From assembly GCA_964016885.1 (NCBI GenBank), contig OZ024741.1, forward strand, positions 310,124,001 through 310,188,000: a stretch of 64,000 bases of DNA, given 5' to 3'. Shown one piece after another: positions 36,831 through 49,855 of the stretch (positions are counted from its first letter, which is position 1; each line of letters opens with the position of its first letter). The notes beneath the pieces are model-generated. The model was not told the origin of the DNA, ran no database searches, and saw only the letters and a program-made list of their open reading frames with translations. A program made the translations under genes and the position numbers. This DNA is from Eledone cirrhosa (lineage: Eukaryota).

Positions 36831-38819
36831 CCGACCTTTTCCAATTGCACCTCTCAAGGGCAATGACACACGACCATGACCTCTGGGGTCACACAGTAAT
36901 ACAGAAGACCCAACTTTCCACAGGAACATGTAGACAATGTTTGTTTTCCTTTGTTTTTTTATGTCTTATCAACTAATCCGACCTCCAAAATGCTTGCAAT
37001 TGACTATTTTTTTTAGCATATTAACAACAAATATGATTTCCACTGCAATTAAAAATGACTAGCTTTGTGAATGGTTTTTCCACCCACTTTCTGCCTTCAT
37101 TTTGCTACAAAGCTAATCATTGACGATAGATTTCAAAGTTATATTCATTCATAATATGTGAAAAAAATAGTCAAATAGCTTGGTGTGATGTAGTATGGTG
37201 TGGTTTGGTGAAGTTTCTACAAAGATAGTCACTTTCGACAGGTTTCCATGTCATAATTATTGATATGTGAAAAAAAAAAGTAAATTGGGAGCACCTTTAA
37301 TGTCAGATTGGGTGGTAAGCACACAGAAAGAAAAAAAAAAGGAAACGGGAAAAAAATGTTTCACACCAAGATCAATAGCTTGGTGCAATGTAGTATGGTG
37401 TAACTTGGTATGGTGTGGTTTGGTTTGGTTTGGTGAAGTTATGAAATGGAAACCAATTGTAAACGATAGATTCCCATGTCATATTCATTGATAATGTGTG
37501 GGAAAATAGTCATTTGCAAGCACCTTTGATGTTAATTTGAGGTGGTAACCAGAAAAAAAAAAAAAATGCAGGTAGCAAATTTGTCACATTGATGTCCGTA
37601 CCATGATGTGATGTAAATGGTAGGAGTAGGTGTTCTGTAATAAATTTACCATATAGTGAAGTATGGTTATGGTGAAGTATATGGTGTGGATTGGGGTAGA
37701 TTAATGTGCTGTGGTGTGCTTTGTTATAAGTGAGGATTTAAATTTCCACTTTGATTTATGTTAGAAAAAGAATTTTTCCTTCATTTTTGCATGTGCTATC
37801 AACTTCCAAGATGCTCGCAGTGGACTATGCTTTTAGCATATTAACAAAAAATATGACTTCCGCTGCAATAAAAAATGACTAGCTTTGTAAATGGTATTTC
37901 CACACACATCCTACCTCTTTTTTCTACAAAGCTAGTCATTTTCATCAGGTTTCCATGTCATAACCATTGATAATATGTGCATAAAATAGTCATTTGCAAG
38001 CACCTTTGATGTTAGTTTGGGTGGCAACCACAAAAAAAAATAAAATAAAAGCAGGTAGCAAATTTGTCACATTGATGTCCGTACCATGGAGTGATGTAAA
38101 TGATAGGAGTAGGTGTTCTGTAGTAAATTTACCATAATATGGTGCTGTTTGATATGGTGTGGTTTGGGGTAGATTAATATGGTGTGGTGTGCTTTGTTAT
38201 AAGTAAGGAATTAAATTTCCACTTTGATTTATGTAAGAAAAAAATTTTTCCTTCACTTTTGCATGTGCTATCAACTAATACAACTTCCAAGATGCTCGCA
38301 GTGGACTATGCTTTTAGCATATTAACAAAAAATATGACTTCCGCTGCAATAAAAAATGACTAGCTTTGTAAATGGTATTTCCACCCATATCCTCCCTCTT
38401 TTTTCTACAAAGCTAGTCATTTTCGACAGTTTTCCATGTCATAATTATTGATAATATGTGCGAAAAATAGTCAATTGCAGCACCTTTGATGTCAGATTGG
38501 GTGGTAAGCACACACACACACACACAAAAAAAGAAACAGGAAGAAAATTGTTCACACTGAGATCAAAAGCTTGGTGTAGTTTGTTAAGGTGTGGTTTGGT
38601 TTGGTGTAGATTGGTATGGTTTAATTTGGTGTAGTTATAACATGGAAACCTATCATAAATTTACCAAGGTATGGTATAATCTGGTTTGGTGTAGTGTAGG
38701 TTAGTGTGGTGTGGTGTGTTATTGTGTTGCATCGTATAGCGTGATTCTCTTTAAATTAAAATCATTAAAATGTAATGCCTATCTTCTATATCTTAAAGAG
38801 TGACCTTAAATGCGATTGC

Positions 38820-41800
38820 AAATGACTTTTTTCGCTGGGTTAATGTCAGATTTAGGGTTAGTGTTAGGGTAAGTTTTACTGTTAATGGTAAGTTTATTGT
38901 TAGTGACTGTGTTACTGTTAGCATTACTGTCGCTGTTAGTTTTACTATAACTGTTACTCTTACAGTTACTGTTTGCGTTACTGTCTGCATCAGCGTTAGC
39001 ATTTGCATAAGCGTCTATGTAAGCTTTTGTGTTAGTGTCTATGAAGACTGGTGTTAGCATCTACGTTAGTGTTTGCGTAAGTCTCGGCATCTATGTCAGC
39101 ATTTGCGTCAGCGTCTGCATTGGTGATAGTGATTGTGTCATCATTTCCCTTAGCGTCTGAGTCAACATTAGTGTTAGCATTAGTGTTTGTTTCAGTGCCT
39201 GCGTCTACGTCAGTTTCTGAGTCAGCATTATCATTAGCGTCCGCGTCAGCACTTGTGTCAGTGTCAGCGTTTGCATCAGCGTGCACGTCAGCATTTGCAT
39301 TAGTGTTTGAGTCAGTGTTAGCGTCAGCGTTTGCATTTGTGTAGGGGTTAGCATTTGAGTCAGCATCTGCATCAGCATTCACATTAGCATTAGCGTTTGC
39401 GACAGCGTTTGTTTCCTTTAACGTCTTTGTCTGCATTTCCGTTAGCGTCTGTGTCAGCGTGTACGTTAGTTTCTACGTCAGCATTTCCGTTAGCATCTAT
39501 GTCAGTGTTTCCGTTAGCTCCTACGTCAGCGTTTCCGACCGCATCTGTGTCAGCGTCAGTATTTACATCTACATCAGCGTCAGCGTTTCAGTTAACGTCA
39601 GTGTTTACGTTAGCGTCTGTCAGCGTTTACGTTAGCTTCTACGTCAGCATTTCCGTAACGTCTACGTCAGCGTTTCGGTTAGCATTAGCGTTTCCATTAA
39701 CCTTTCCTGTGGCGTCCGCATCATTGCAGCGTCTGCATATCCCATGTAAGCGTTAACTTCAGCATTTGCGTCAGCGTTAGCCTTAGCCCTAGCGTCCGCA
39801 TCAGCATTTGCGTTAGCGTCAGCATACACGTCAGCGCCGGCAAAACTGCCTCAACATTTGCGTCAGCGTTAGCTTGGCTTTGGCTTCAGCAATCCGCATA
39901 AGGATAAACGCGGTAAGGATAAACGCTAACTTCTACGCCTGCTTCTACGTTAACAACTACGTCAGCGTTTTGTTAGCTTCTACGTCAGCGTTTACGTTAG
40001 CTTCTACGTCAGCATCTACGTTAGCTTCTACGTTAGCTTCTACGTCAGCGTCTACGTTAACATCTACGTCATCGTTTACGTTAGCTTCTATTAGCTTACA
40101 TTAGTGTCTGTGTCAGCGTTTGTATTAGCTTCTACGTCAGCGTCTGTGTCAGTGCCTGTATTTACATCTACATCAGCGTCAGCGTTTACATTTGCGTCTG
40201 TGTCAGCATTTACGTTAGCTTCTACGTCATCGTTTACATTAGCGGCTGCGTCATCATTTACGTTAGCGTCTGTGTCAACGTGTGTTAGCATCTGTGTCAG
40301 AGTTTATGTTAGCGTCTGCGTCAGTGTTTATATTAGCATCTGCGTCAGTGTTTATATTAGCATCTGCGTCAGTGTTTACGTTAGCATCTGTGTTAATGTG
40401 TGTTAGCGTCTGTGTCAGCATCTGCGTCAGCATTTTCATTAGTGTTTGCATCAGTGTTTCCTTTAGCTTCTACGTCAATGTTTACGTCTGCGTTAAGGTT
40501 GTAGCAGTTGCCTCCCTTGTTGTGACTCACAACCCCAATAGAATAACAACATCTAGACGGGAAGTAGAACCCTTTCTGTAACTTCCGGTCAGAACCCTAT
40601 AAAACTAATAACTTTAAGTTCTCACTCTCTCATTTGCCCTTCCGGCGCCTGGCCTTCGCCAGACGTCTTCTGCCAGCCTGCGTTTGCCTGGCAATCAAAA
40701 CGGTAACTACTAACTTTGCTTCATTCTTTCGTTTATTCATTGACATGTCAACTATACTGTTAAATTGTTGATTAAATATTATACACACAAACGATGTCTC
40801 CTTGCCACTTTCATACACTCAGTCAAAGAAATGAACACACCACGCACATGTGAAATTCGCGTTCAGACAGACTTTTTCTCTCACGCATCAACTAACTGTC
40901 GCATTTCACGATATATATATATATGTTTCTCGTTTCTTACAACGAACACTTTCAAAACAACAAAAAAAAGAAATTTGATATTTTTTTAAAAACATTTCAA
41001 CAGGAACATTTATTTTCGATGAACCATTGCCTTTTTTTTTTTTTTTTTTTTTTTCATCGTTTTCTTCATCGTTCAAGTTTTTTTATTCCAAAGTTCACAC
41101 CAATAATTATGCTAAGTGAAGCCTTTCTTTTTCATCATTGTCACTTTCACACTTGCACTATCATTTTCTCGCGCGGTAGAAATATTATTTTTTAAACCTA
41201 ACTTAACCTTGTATTGGCACGTGTAGGCAGCACATATTCTCGACTCACAGAGATAGCCGCACGCCAGAGATAACGTTTCTCGCCAAGGATTCTTCAGCCT
41301 TAAGCTATATTCTCCTATTTGCCGGTTTAAAAATTTACCACGTAAATTTGCCGTTGAAAACTGCGCATTTATTCAGAATGCTTATTTCTTTGGTCGCTGG
41401 CCTCTTGACCCTTCCAGGTCAACACATTCTCAACATCGACCATCAACTTCGGCTGTTATTTCTAGCACTTTGCGCAACTCATTTTTTCTGAAAAATTTCT
41501 TTTTACTGTGAATTTAAACACCGAATACGCTCACTCCGCGAGACAACAACATCAACGGCAACACAGCTTCACCAACAACCAAAACCAGCAGAACAAGCCA
41601 GAGAATTTATTTTTGCAGCACTCTTCCTGTGAGAAAATCCATTCGGAGGTTGGAAATTTCACGATATACCACAGAACAGAAACCACCTGCATTCATTCTC
41701 TGGAACACACTTTCTTTCCTGCTGTCATGTGATTGCACACCTGTGAACTATATTTTGTACATTTGAACTTTGAGCTCTTCTCTTACTTTATTACATTGTA

Positions 41801-44060
41801 TCTTTGGGTGATGGATAGATAGATGTCCAGTCGTTCTCTGGCCAAGAGCGGTTGGCTACCTTGATATCTATCATTGATTTTTGCAAACATTCTTTTGTCG
41901 TAATTTTCATGCCTGTTACAACATTCTCGCCAACTTGCTACATATTTCATTCGATTTTTATATTCTAAAATTCTGGCGGGAGGTTATGTAGCAGTTGCCT
42001 CCCTTGTTGTGACTCACAACCCCAATAGATTAACAACATCTAGACGGGAAGTAGAACCCTTTCTGTAACTTCCGGTCAGAACCCTATAAAACTAATAACT
42101 TTAAGTTCTCACTCTCTCATTTGCCCTTCCGGCGCCTGGCCTTCGCCAGGCGTCTTCTGCCAGCCTGCGTTTGCCTGGCAATCAAAACGGTAACTACTAA
42201 CTTTGCTTCATTCTTTCGTTTATTCATTGACATGTCAACTATACTGTTAAATTGTTGATTAAATATTATACACACAAACGATGTCTCCTTGTTACATTCA
42301 TACACAAGAGTTCTCCGCTATAAGGTTCACATTAGCATCGCTGTCATCGTTTGTGTCAGCATTTGCGTTTGCTTTAACATCTGCATCAACATTTGCGTCT
42401 GTGTTTGCATTAGTGTCTGCATTTGCTTTAGTGTTTGCATCAGCGTGAGCATTTGTGTCAGTGTCCACGTCAGCGTTAGAGTCTGTGTAGCATTTACATC
42501 AGCGTGTGCGTCAGAGTCTTTGTCAGCATTCGCCTTTGCACCTGCAACAGTATTCACGTTAGTGTTTGTGTCAGCGTAAGCGATTGTGTCAACATTTGCG
42601 CAAGCGTTTGTGCCAGCATAGCTATATTCGCCAGTGTCAGCGTTGGCGTTAGTGTTAGTGTTTCCATTAGTGTTCGTGTTAGCGTTTGATTTTGTATTAG
42701 TGTTAGCATTTTTGTTAGTGTTAGTGTTCATGTTAGTGTTAGTGTTTGTGTTAGTGTTCAGGTTAATGTTGACTTAGTTTTCTGGTTAGTGTTAGTTTTC
42801 AGGTTAGGGCTTGTGTTACTTTTAGTGTTAGTGCTCAGGTTAGTGGTTTATGGTAGTGTTAGTTTTAGTGGTAGTGTTAGTGTTAATGTCAGTTTTAGTG
42901 TTAGTGTTCAGGTTAGTGTTAGTGTTTACGGTAGTGTTAGTGTTATTTTTTCCATTAGTGTTAGTGTTTTATTTTGTTTTAATGTTTATGTTAGTGTTTC
43001 CATTAGTGTTAGTGCTAGTCTTTGTTTTTCTGTTAATGTTAATGTTTGTTTTAGTGTTGAGGTTAATGTTAGCTTAGTTTTCTGGTTAGTATCAGTTTTC
43101 GTGTTAGTTTTAGTGTTAGTGTTAGTGTTTTTTGTGTTAGTTTTTATGGTAGTGTTAGTGTTACTGTTAGTGCTCAGATCAGTGTTAGTGTTTGTGTTAC
43201 TGTTTATGGTAGTGTTAGTTTTAGTGCTAGTGTTTAGGTTAATGTTAGTTTTAGTGTAAGTGTTAATATTAGTTTTAGTGTTAAGGTTAGTGTTAAAGAT
43301 TGTGTTAGTGTTAGTATTTGTTGTGATAGTATCTCTGTTAGCATTAGTGTTTGATGTTTCCATTAGTGTTAGTGATTGTGTTAGCGTTAGTCTTTGTTTT
43401 TGTGTTAAGGTTAGCATTAATGTTAGCATTAGTATTTCTGTTAGTGTTAGCATTAGTGTTTATGTTAGTGTTCAGGCTAATGTTAGCTTAGTTTTCAGGT
43501 TAGAGTTAGTGTTCAAGTTAATGTTAGTTTTAGTGTTAGTGTTGAGGTTAGTGTTAGAGATTGTGTTAGTGTTAGTGTTTGTGTTAATATTTGTGTTAGT
43601 ATCTCTGTTAGCGTTAGTGTTTGTTTTAGTGTTGAAGTTAATGTTAGCTTAGTTTTCTGGTTAGTATCAGTTTTCAGATTAGTGTTTGTGTTAGTGTTAC
43701 TTTTAGTGTTAGTGCTCAGGTCAGTGTTAGTGTTTATGGAAGGGTTAGTTTTAGTGCTAGTGTTCAGGCTAATGTTTGTGCTAATGTTAGCTTTAGTGTA
43801 AGTGTTCAGGTTAGTGTTAGTGTTTGTATTAGTGTTTACGGTAGTGTTAGTTTTAGTGCTGGTGTTCAGGTTAGTGTTAGTGTCAGTTTTAGTGTTAGTG
43901 TTCAGGTTAGTGTTTGTGTTAGTTTTCTATTTAATGTTAGTTTTCAGATTTTGTGTTTGTGTTAGTTTTCATGTTAGCGCTAAGTTCACTGTTAGAGCAT
44001 GTGTGAGTGCAAGTGTTAGAGCATGTGTGAGTGCAAGTGTTAGGGTAAGTTATTTTTAAA
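38820..44060. repeat. Degenerate hexamer satellite (GTTAGC/GTCAGC grading to GTTAGT), interrupted by the LTR mini-element
   Basis: 6-nt periodicity throughout; it produces the stop-free NANT/ASAS/VLVL pseudo-ORFs on both strands. Confidence 0.9.
40500..42322 (+). mobile_element. Non-coding LTR mini-element (TRIM/LARD-like), copy 1; TSD AGGT
   Basis: Direct repeats ~40500-40820 and ~41986-42322 start with TGTAGC; PPT-like ctggcgggaggtta precedes the second; ends GCTATA; AGGT on both flanks (40496-40499, 42323-42326). Confidence 0.88.
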
Positions 44061-46104
44061 GTTCGGTTTTAGCTTAAAGTTAGGTTTTCTACTTTCCAGG
44101 AAAAAAGTTGATCCTCTCTAACTTGAGTGGTGTGATATAGTGTGGTAAAGTATAGTGTTTCATAGTCTTGTGTGGTGTTGTCTATTTTTGTATAGTGTAG
44201 TATGGTATATTGTTTCATAACATGGTCTGATGTGAGGTCGTACAGTGTTTCGTAGTGTGGTGTTGGATAATGTGGTATGGTATAATGTTTGTCAGTGTGG
44301 TGTGGTATGGTATAGGTTGATGTAGTGTGGCTTAGTTTGATTATAATAATACAAATAATAATAACAATAATAATAGTAATAATAATTGTTCTTCTTGTTC
44401 ATTTTCTTTGTCTTCTTCTGTGCCTTTGTTTTCTTCTGTGCCTTTGTTTTCTTCTGTGCCTTTGACTTCTTCTGTGACTTTGACTTCTTCTGTGCCTTTA
44501 TCTTCTCCTCTGCCATCTAAATACCAAAAACAAAGAATGTAAAACATATATGTTGCCTATCTCTCAGACTTTACAAAGTGCTGAGGAGATAAAGTTAATT
44601 TAAAGAGCAGTGTGCTCATGCACTGTGATCCTATAATGTAGGTTATAAGCGATTTCATAACTAAAAAACAATGTCAAACATCAACAAAAGTATATACAAA
44701 TATCTTTGAATGTTTAAGTTAAACCTAAATAGATCGTATCTACAGGTCATTTGGTTAAGACTGAACTAAGATCATATCTATAAATCATTAGGTTTAGACT
44801 GAACTGAGATCATACTTTCTTCTTCTTTTCGTCATCTTCGTTTCCCGTGTTTTCTTTGTCTTTGTTGTCATTTTCATTTTAGTCGTCTGCTTCGTCGTCT
44901 TTTTCTTCTTTTCCATCTAAATATAAAAAAAAAATTGTAAACAAATATATAGCTGATCTCTCAGACTTTCATGAAACACCGAGGAGATACAGTTAATATA
45001 ACGAGTGGGGAGCTCATATATATATATATGGTATAGCATGGTGTTATGTGGTCTGGTGTGGTACAACATGGTGTGATGTGGTGTGGTATGATATGGTGAG
45101 GCGGGGGGGGGGGGGGCACAATGTTAGATTAATGTTAACAATACACATGTAGCATCCACATGTCATGAGAAGGGGGAAACAGTGTTTAACTAATTTTAAC
45201 ATTACATGTAGCATCCATCTACAGGTGATTAAGTTAAGACTGAGGTGTAATCATATGAAAAGGTCAATTTAAAATTACACTGAGATTCTGCTTAAAATGA
45301 TGGTCAATGAAGTGTTTACTTACTCAGATCCTTTAAATAACTTTCTTTCTCTTACTGTAACTGGACATACCTACGAAATAGAAAACAGTCGAATAGACTG
45401 TGGTGTGGTGTAGTGTGGTGTGGTGTGGTGTAGTGTAGTCGAGTGTGGTTTAGTGTAGTGGACAATGGTGTGGTGTAGTGGAGTGTGGTTCAATGTAGAG
45501 TGGGGGATATGGTGTAGTGGGATGTAATGTGGTAGCATGTGGTGTGATGGCATGTGATGTGGCGTAGCGTGGTGGAATGTGATGTGATGTAATGAAATGT
45601 GGCGTGGCGTGGTGAAATGTGATGTGATGAAATGTGGCGTGGCGTAGTAAAATGAGGCGAGACGAGACGAGACGAGATGTGATGTGGTGTGATGTGATGT
45701 GAAATTTTTTCATCCTATTTTTCATGTGCTATCAACTAATCCAATCTCCAAGATGCTTGAAACTGACTTTTTCCCCCCAGGAAAACGGCGGGGTGAGGTG
45801 GTTCCCCCTTCACCCGGATAACCCCTGCTTACTCAGAATTTTCTCTTTGATTCTATTTTCATGCGTTATCAGTGAATATGACTTCCAAACCAGTCAAAAA
45901 CAACTAGCTTTGGAGAAAGAGGAGAGGGAGAGGGGAAGAGTTTTGCAGATCTACACCCCACTCACATGTTGTGGGACTTAATCATTTTCGGTATATTTCC
46001 TGTGCTATTAATTTCCTGTGCTATTTCCTGTGCTATTTCCTATGCTATTTCCTGTGCTATTAATTAATCTGACCTCCTAGATGCTTCCAATCAACTTATT
46101 TCCC

Positions 46105-46450
46105 TGGGTTAGGTTTAGGGTTTAGGGTTTAGTTTTAGGGTTGGGGTAAAGTTTAGGGTTTAGTTTTAGGGTTGGTGTAATGTTTAGGGTCAGGTTTTAG
46201 GGTTGGGGTAAAGTTTAGGGTTTAGTTTTAGGTTTGGGGTAAAGTTTAGGGTTTAGATTTAGGTTTGGGGTAAAGTTTAGGGTTTAGTTTTAGCGTTGGG
46301 GTAATGTTTAGGGTTTAGTTTTATGGTTGGGGTATAGTTTAGGGTTTAGTTTAAGGGTTGGGGTAATGTTTATATTTAGATTTAGCTTGGTTTGGTTTAG
46401 ATTTAGAGTTTAGGGTTGGGGCTAGATTTAATTTTATGTTTAATTTAGTT
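46105..46450 (+). repeat. Interstitial telomere-like array, ~30-bp unit (TTTAGGGTTTAGTTTTAGGGTTGGGGTAAAG-like)
   Basis: About nine to ten units built of TTAGGG/TTTAGGG/TTGGGG variants. Confidence 0.8.
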
Positions 46451-47708
46451 TTAGTTTCCAAATCCCAGAGAAAAAAAATTGATTCAGAGCAACTAAAAGG
46501 TCAGATTAGTTGACAGCACTCAAAAGGAGACCGAAGAAAAATCATTAGGGTATATATCTACAAAACGACAATGGTTTTTCCACCTGCTTTACCCCTCCTT
46601 TTTCCTAGAACAACTAATCATTTCCAACTGGTTTGGAGGTCATATTCGTTGATAACATGAGCAAACTCTGGGGTTAAATGAGAGAAGTGCATCCACCTAA
46701 GTTTTTCATGAAAAGAGAGTCAATAACAAACATCTTGGAGTTCGGATTAGTTGATAACACATGAAAAAAAGATGAGGAAACATTTTTTGGTGTTATTTGG
46801 TGCGTGTGGTGTGGAGTAGTGTGGTGTGTTTTTATGTGGTGTGATGTAGTGAGGTGTGGTGTGTTGTGTTGTGGTGTTATGTGGTGTGGAGTAGTGTGGT
46901 GTGTTGTAGTGAGGAGTGGTGTGTTGTGTTATAGTGAGGAGTGGTGTGTTGTGTTGTGGTGTTATGTGGTGTGGAGTAGTGTGGTGTGTTTTTATGTGGA
47001 GTAGTGTGGTGTGTTCTTATGTGGAATGATGTAGTGAGGAGTGTTGTGTTGTGGTGTTATGTGGTGTGGAGTAGTGTGGTGTGTTTTTATGTGGAGTAGT
47101 GTGGTGTGTTCTTATGCGGTGTGATGTAGTGAGGTGTGGTGTGTTGTGTTGTGGTGTTATGTGGTGTGGAGTAGTGTGTTGTGTTGTAGTGAGGAGTGGC
47201 GTGTTGTGGTGTTATGTGGTGTGTTGTGGTGAGGAGTGGTGTGTTGTGTTGTGGTGTGGAGTAGTGTGATGTGTTCTTATGTGGTGTGATGTAGTGAGGA
47301 GTGGTGTGTTGTGGTGTGTTTTTATGTGGTGTGGAGTAGTGTGGTGTGATATAGTGAGGAGTGGTGTGTTTTTATGTGGAGTGGAGTAGTGAGGAGTGGT
47401 GTGTTGTGTTGTGGTGTGGAGTAGTGTGGTGTAGTGTTGTATGTTTTTATGAGGTGTGGTGAAGTGTGGTGTGATGTGGTGCGGTGCACTGTGATGTGGT
47501 GTGGTGCAGTGCAGTGAGGTTCTTCATCTTTATCTTTCTCTTCTCCATCTTTGAATTCATCTTTGTTTTGTCTTCCATCTAAACAAAAAAATATATATAT
47601 AAAACATATATGTAGCCAATCTCTCAGACTTTTACAAAGCTCCAGGGAGATAAATTTAATATAAGTGGTGTGTTCCTGAACAGAGATACTACAAAATAGC
47701 TTAAAAGC

Positions 47709-47742
<34 letters not shown>

Positions 47743-47900
47743 AATAAATATACACGGGTGTGTATGATTGAGTATAGAAGATTATATTAATAAAAGGAAT
47801 TCCAACTTTGTCTGATTTACTCGTTTTATTTACAATCTTTAAAATTATAATGGTATTAGAATGAAATAGTATGGTAGAATATTAAGTGTTAAGTGTTAAC

Positions 47901-47939
47901 TGAACAAGTAATTTCATGCTTTCGCAATCTTCAGGTTCA
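47901..47939 (-). ncRNA. Minimal type I hammerhead ribozyme in inverted pLTR
   Basis: Reverse complement reads TGAAC-CTGAAGA-TTGCGAAAGCAT-GAAA-TTAC-TT-GTTCA. Confidence 0.8.
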
Positions 47940-48823
47940 TATTCTGTGGTGACAGTCAAGTTTACAATTTTCAACTGTAATGAGATGGGTAAATTTTGTG
48001 CCTTATATACAGTGAAAAGCGGCTACAGAATGCTAAATTTTGCAAACTGTATTTCGACCAATCGGTGTGTAGTTTCACTGGATTACTGAAGCTGATTGGT
48101 TTAGCCCTATTCAAAGCATCAATTGTTTTGCTATTTTTAGAAATGATGAAAATAGCATTTTCTAGGGTTTTTATAGCCCTAAGAATTATTAGTGTTCATT
48201 TAGCTTGGGTTGGAATTTTGAAAAATATTCCCAAATGCAAATATGAACTGCAAAAGCAGAAATCTAATTTACTGCATTAAATGCCCGAATTATGAAGAAC
48301 TATATGTCGGTCAAACTGGAAATGCACTATCGGAACGTGCACGGGTGCACCGACAGCAAATCAGAGACCCAAATGTCCGTCAGATACCCCTGAGTAACCA
48401 TCTAGCAACATGTGGTCAGAAAATATTTATAATATTTCCATTCAACAAATTACACAGGCCAAGTGAAATCAAGAGAAAAATCAAAGAAAAGAACTTTATT
48501 GATAAATTCCAACCCAAGCTAAATGAACAATAATAATTCTTAGGGGTATAAAAACCCTAGAAAATGCTATTTACATCATTTCTAAAAATAGCAAAACAAT
48601 TGATGCTTTGGATACAGCTAAATAGAAGTCGTTAGACATGCTCAATCAACCATGACGCCTAAACCAATCAGCTTCAGTAACCCAGTGAAACTACACACCA
48701 ATTGGTCGAAATACAGTTTGCAAAATTTAGCATTCTGTAGTCGCTTTTCACTGTATATAAGGCACAAAATTTACCCATCTCATTACAGTTGAAAATTGCA
48801 AACTTGACTGTCACCACAGAATA

Positions 48824-48862
48824 TGAACCTGAAGATTGCGAAAGCATGAAAGTAATTGTTCA
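48824..48862 (+). ncRNA. Minimal type I hammerhead ribozyme in PLE pLTR
   Basis: TGAAC-CTGAAGA-TTGC[GAAA]GCAT-GAAA-GTAA-TT-GTTCA: perfect 5-bp stem I, intact CUGANGA/GAAA core, UH cleavage site. Confidence 0.8.
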
Positions 48863-48926
48863 ATTAACATTTAACACTTAATATTCTACCATACTATTCA
48901 GATTACATCTATAAAATTCAGATACA

Positions 48927-48970
<44 letters not shown>

Positions 48971-49289
48971 CAATCTGTATAGGATTCCTTTCCCTTTGCG
49001 CACATAATTTACAGGGAATAACGCGACTCTATGGCTCCGTTAATTTATCTTCATATATATATATATATATACATATATATACATACACACATATATATAC
49101 ATACACACACACACATATATGCATACACACACATATATATATATACATACACACACATATGCATACACACACATATATGCATACACACATATATATACAT
49201 ACACACATATATACATACACACACACATATATATATATATACATACATATATATACATATAAATAGATTCATACATACACACACACACA

Positions 49290-49372
<83 letters not shown>

Positions 49373-49855
49373 ATAAAGTACTTGACGATGAGCATTCTAG
49401 TTGTCAATGAACCGATTGAATAATACAAATGATGTTTTAATATACAGATTCATTATTTGTGTATATATAATATATACAAAGCATATAAATAAATTTACAG
49501 TAGAATAACATACCAAATATGTTTTAAATATATACATAAATAACATTACCAATGCTTAAATAACATTATAAATTGCTCGCGATTCTTTCAGAAGGATATA
49601 TTCCTTTAATGTTGCAATATTAAAGAAAATATACGTATATATATATACATACATATATTTATTCAACTAAGGAAAGTTGGTTGATTGAAAATCTGCCGAC
49701 TCTTTCATAAGAGATGACAAACACTCAACAGTTTATGTTTATCCTAATAATAATTGTTTCTACTTTAGCACAAGGCCAGCAATTACCCAGTGTATTACTG
49801 GTACTTTATTTTATCGACCCCATAAGGATGAAAGTCAAAGTTAACCTTGGCGGGT

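Larger units (their letters stand above)
36930..47700. repeat. Composite satellite domain: dispersed ~250-480-bp units, (GTGTG)n pentamer tracts, hexamer satellite, telomere-like array
   Basis: Motif tgtgctatcaactaat.c.ac.tccaagatgct recurs at ~36960, 37790, 38262, 45724 and 46055, and inverted at ~46500 and 46735; 37505-37975 and 37985-38460 form a tandem duplication. Confidence 0.7.
47862..48900 (+). mobile_element. Penelope-like element, 5'-truncated, with inverted pLTR (47862-48218) and 3' pLTR (48503-48900)
   Basis: ORF 48243-48533 CKSRNLIYCIKCP...YVGQT...RARVH...E..FI..FQPKLN is a GIY-YIG domain; the flanking arms are near-perfect reverse complements, the classic PLE architecture. Confidence 0.9.

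Noticed and set aside
38793-44059. Long NANT/ASAS/VLVL ORFs on both strands
   Set aside because: Explained by hexamer periodicity; open in several frames on both strands, with no splice or domain evidence.
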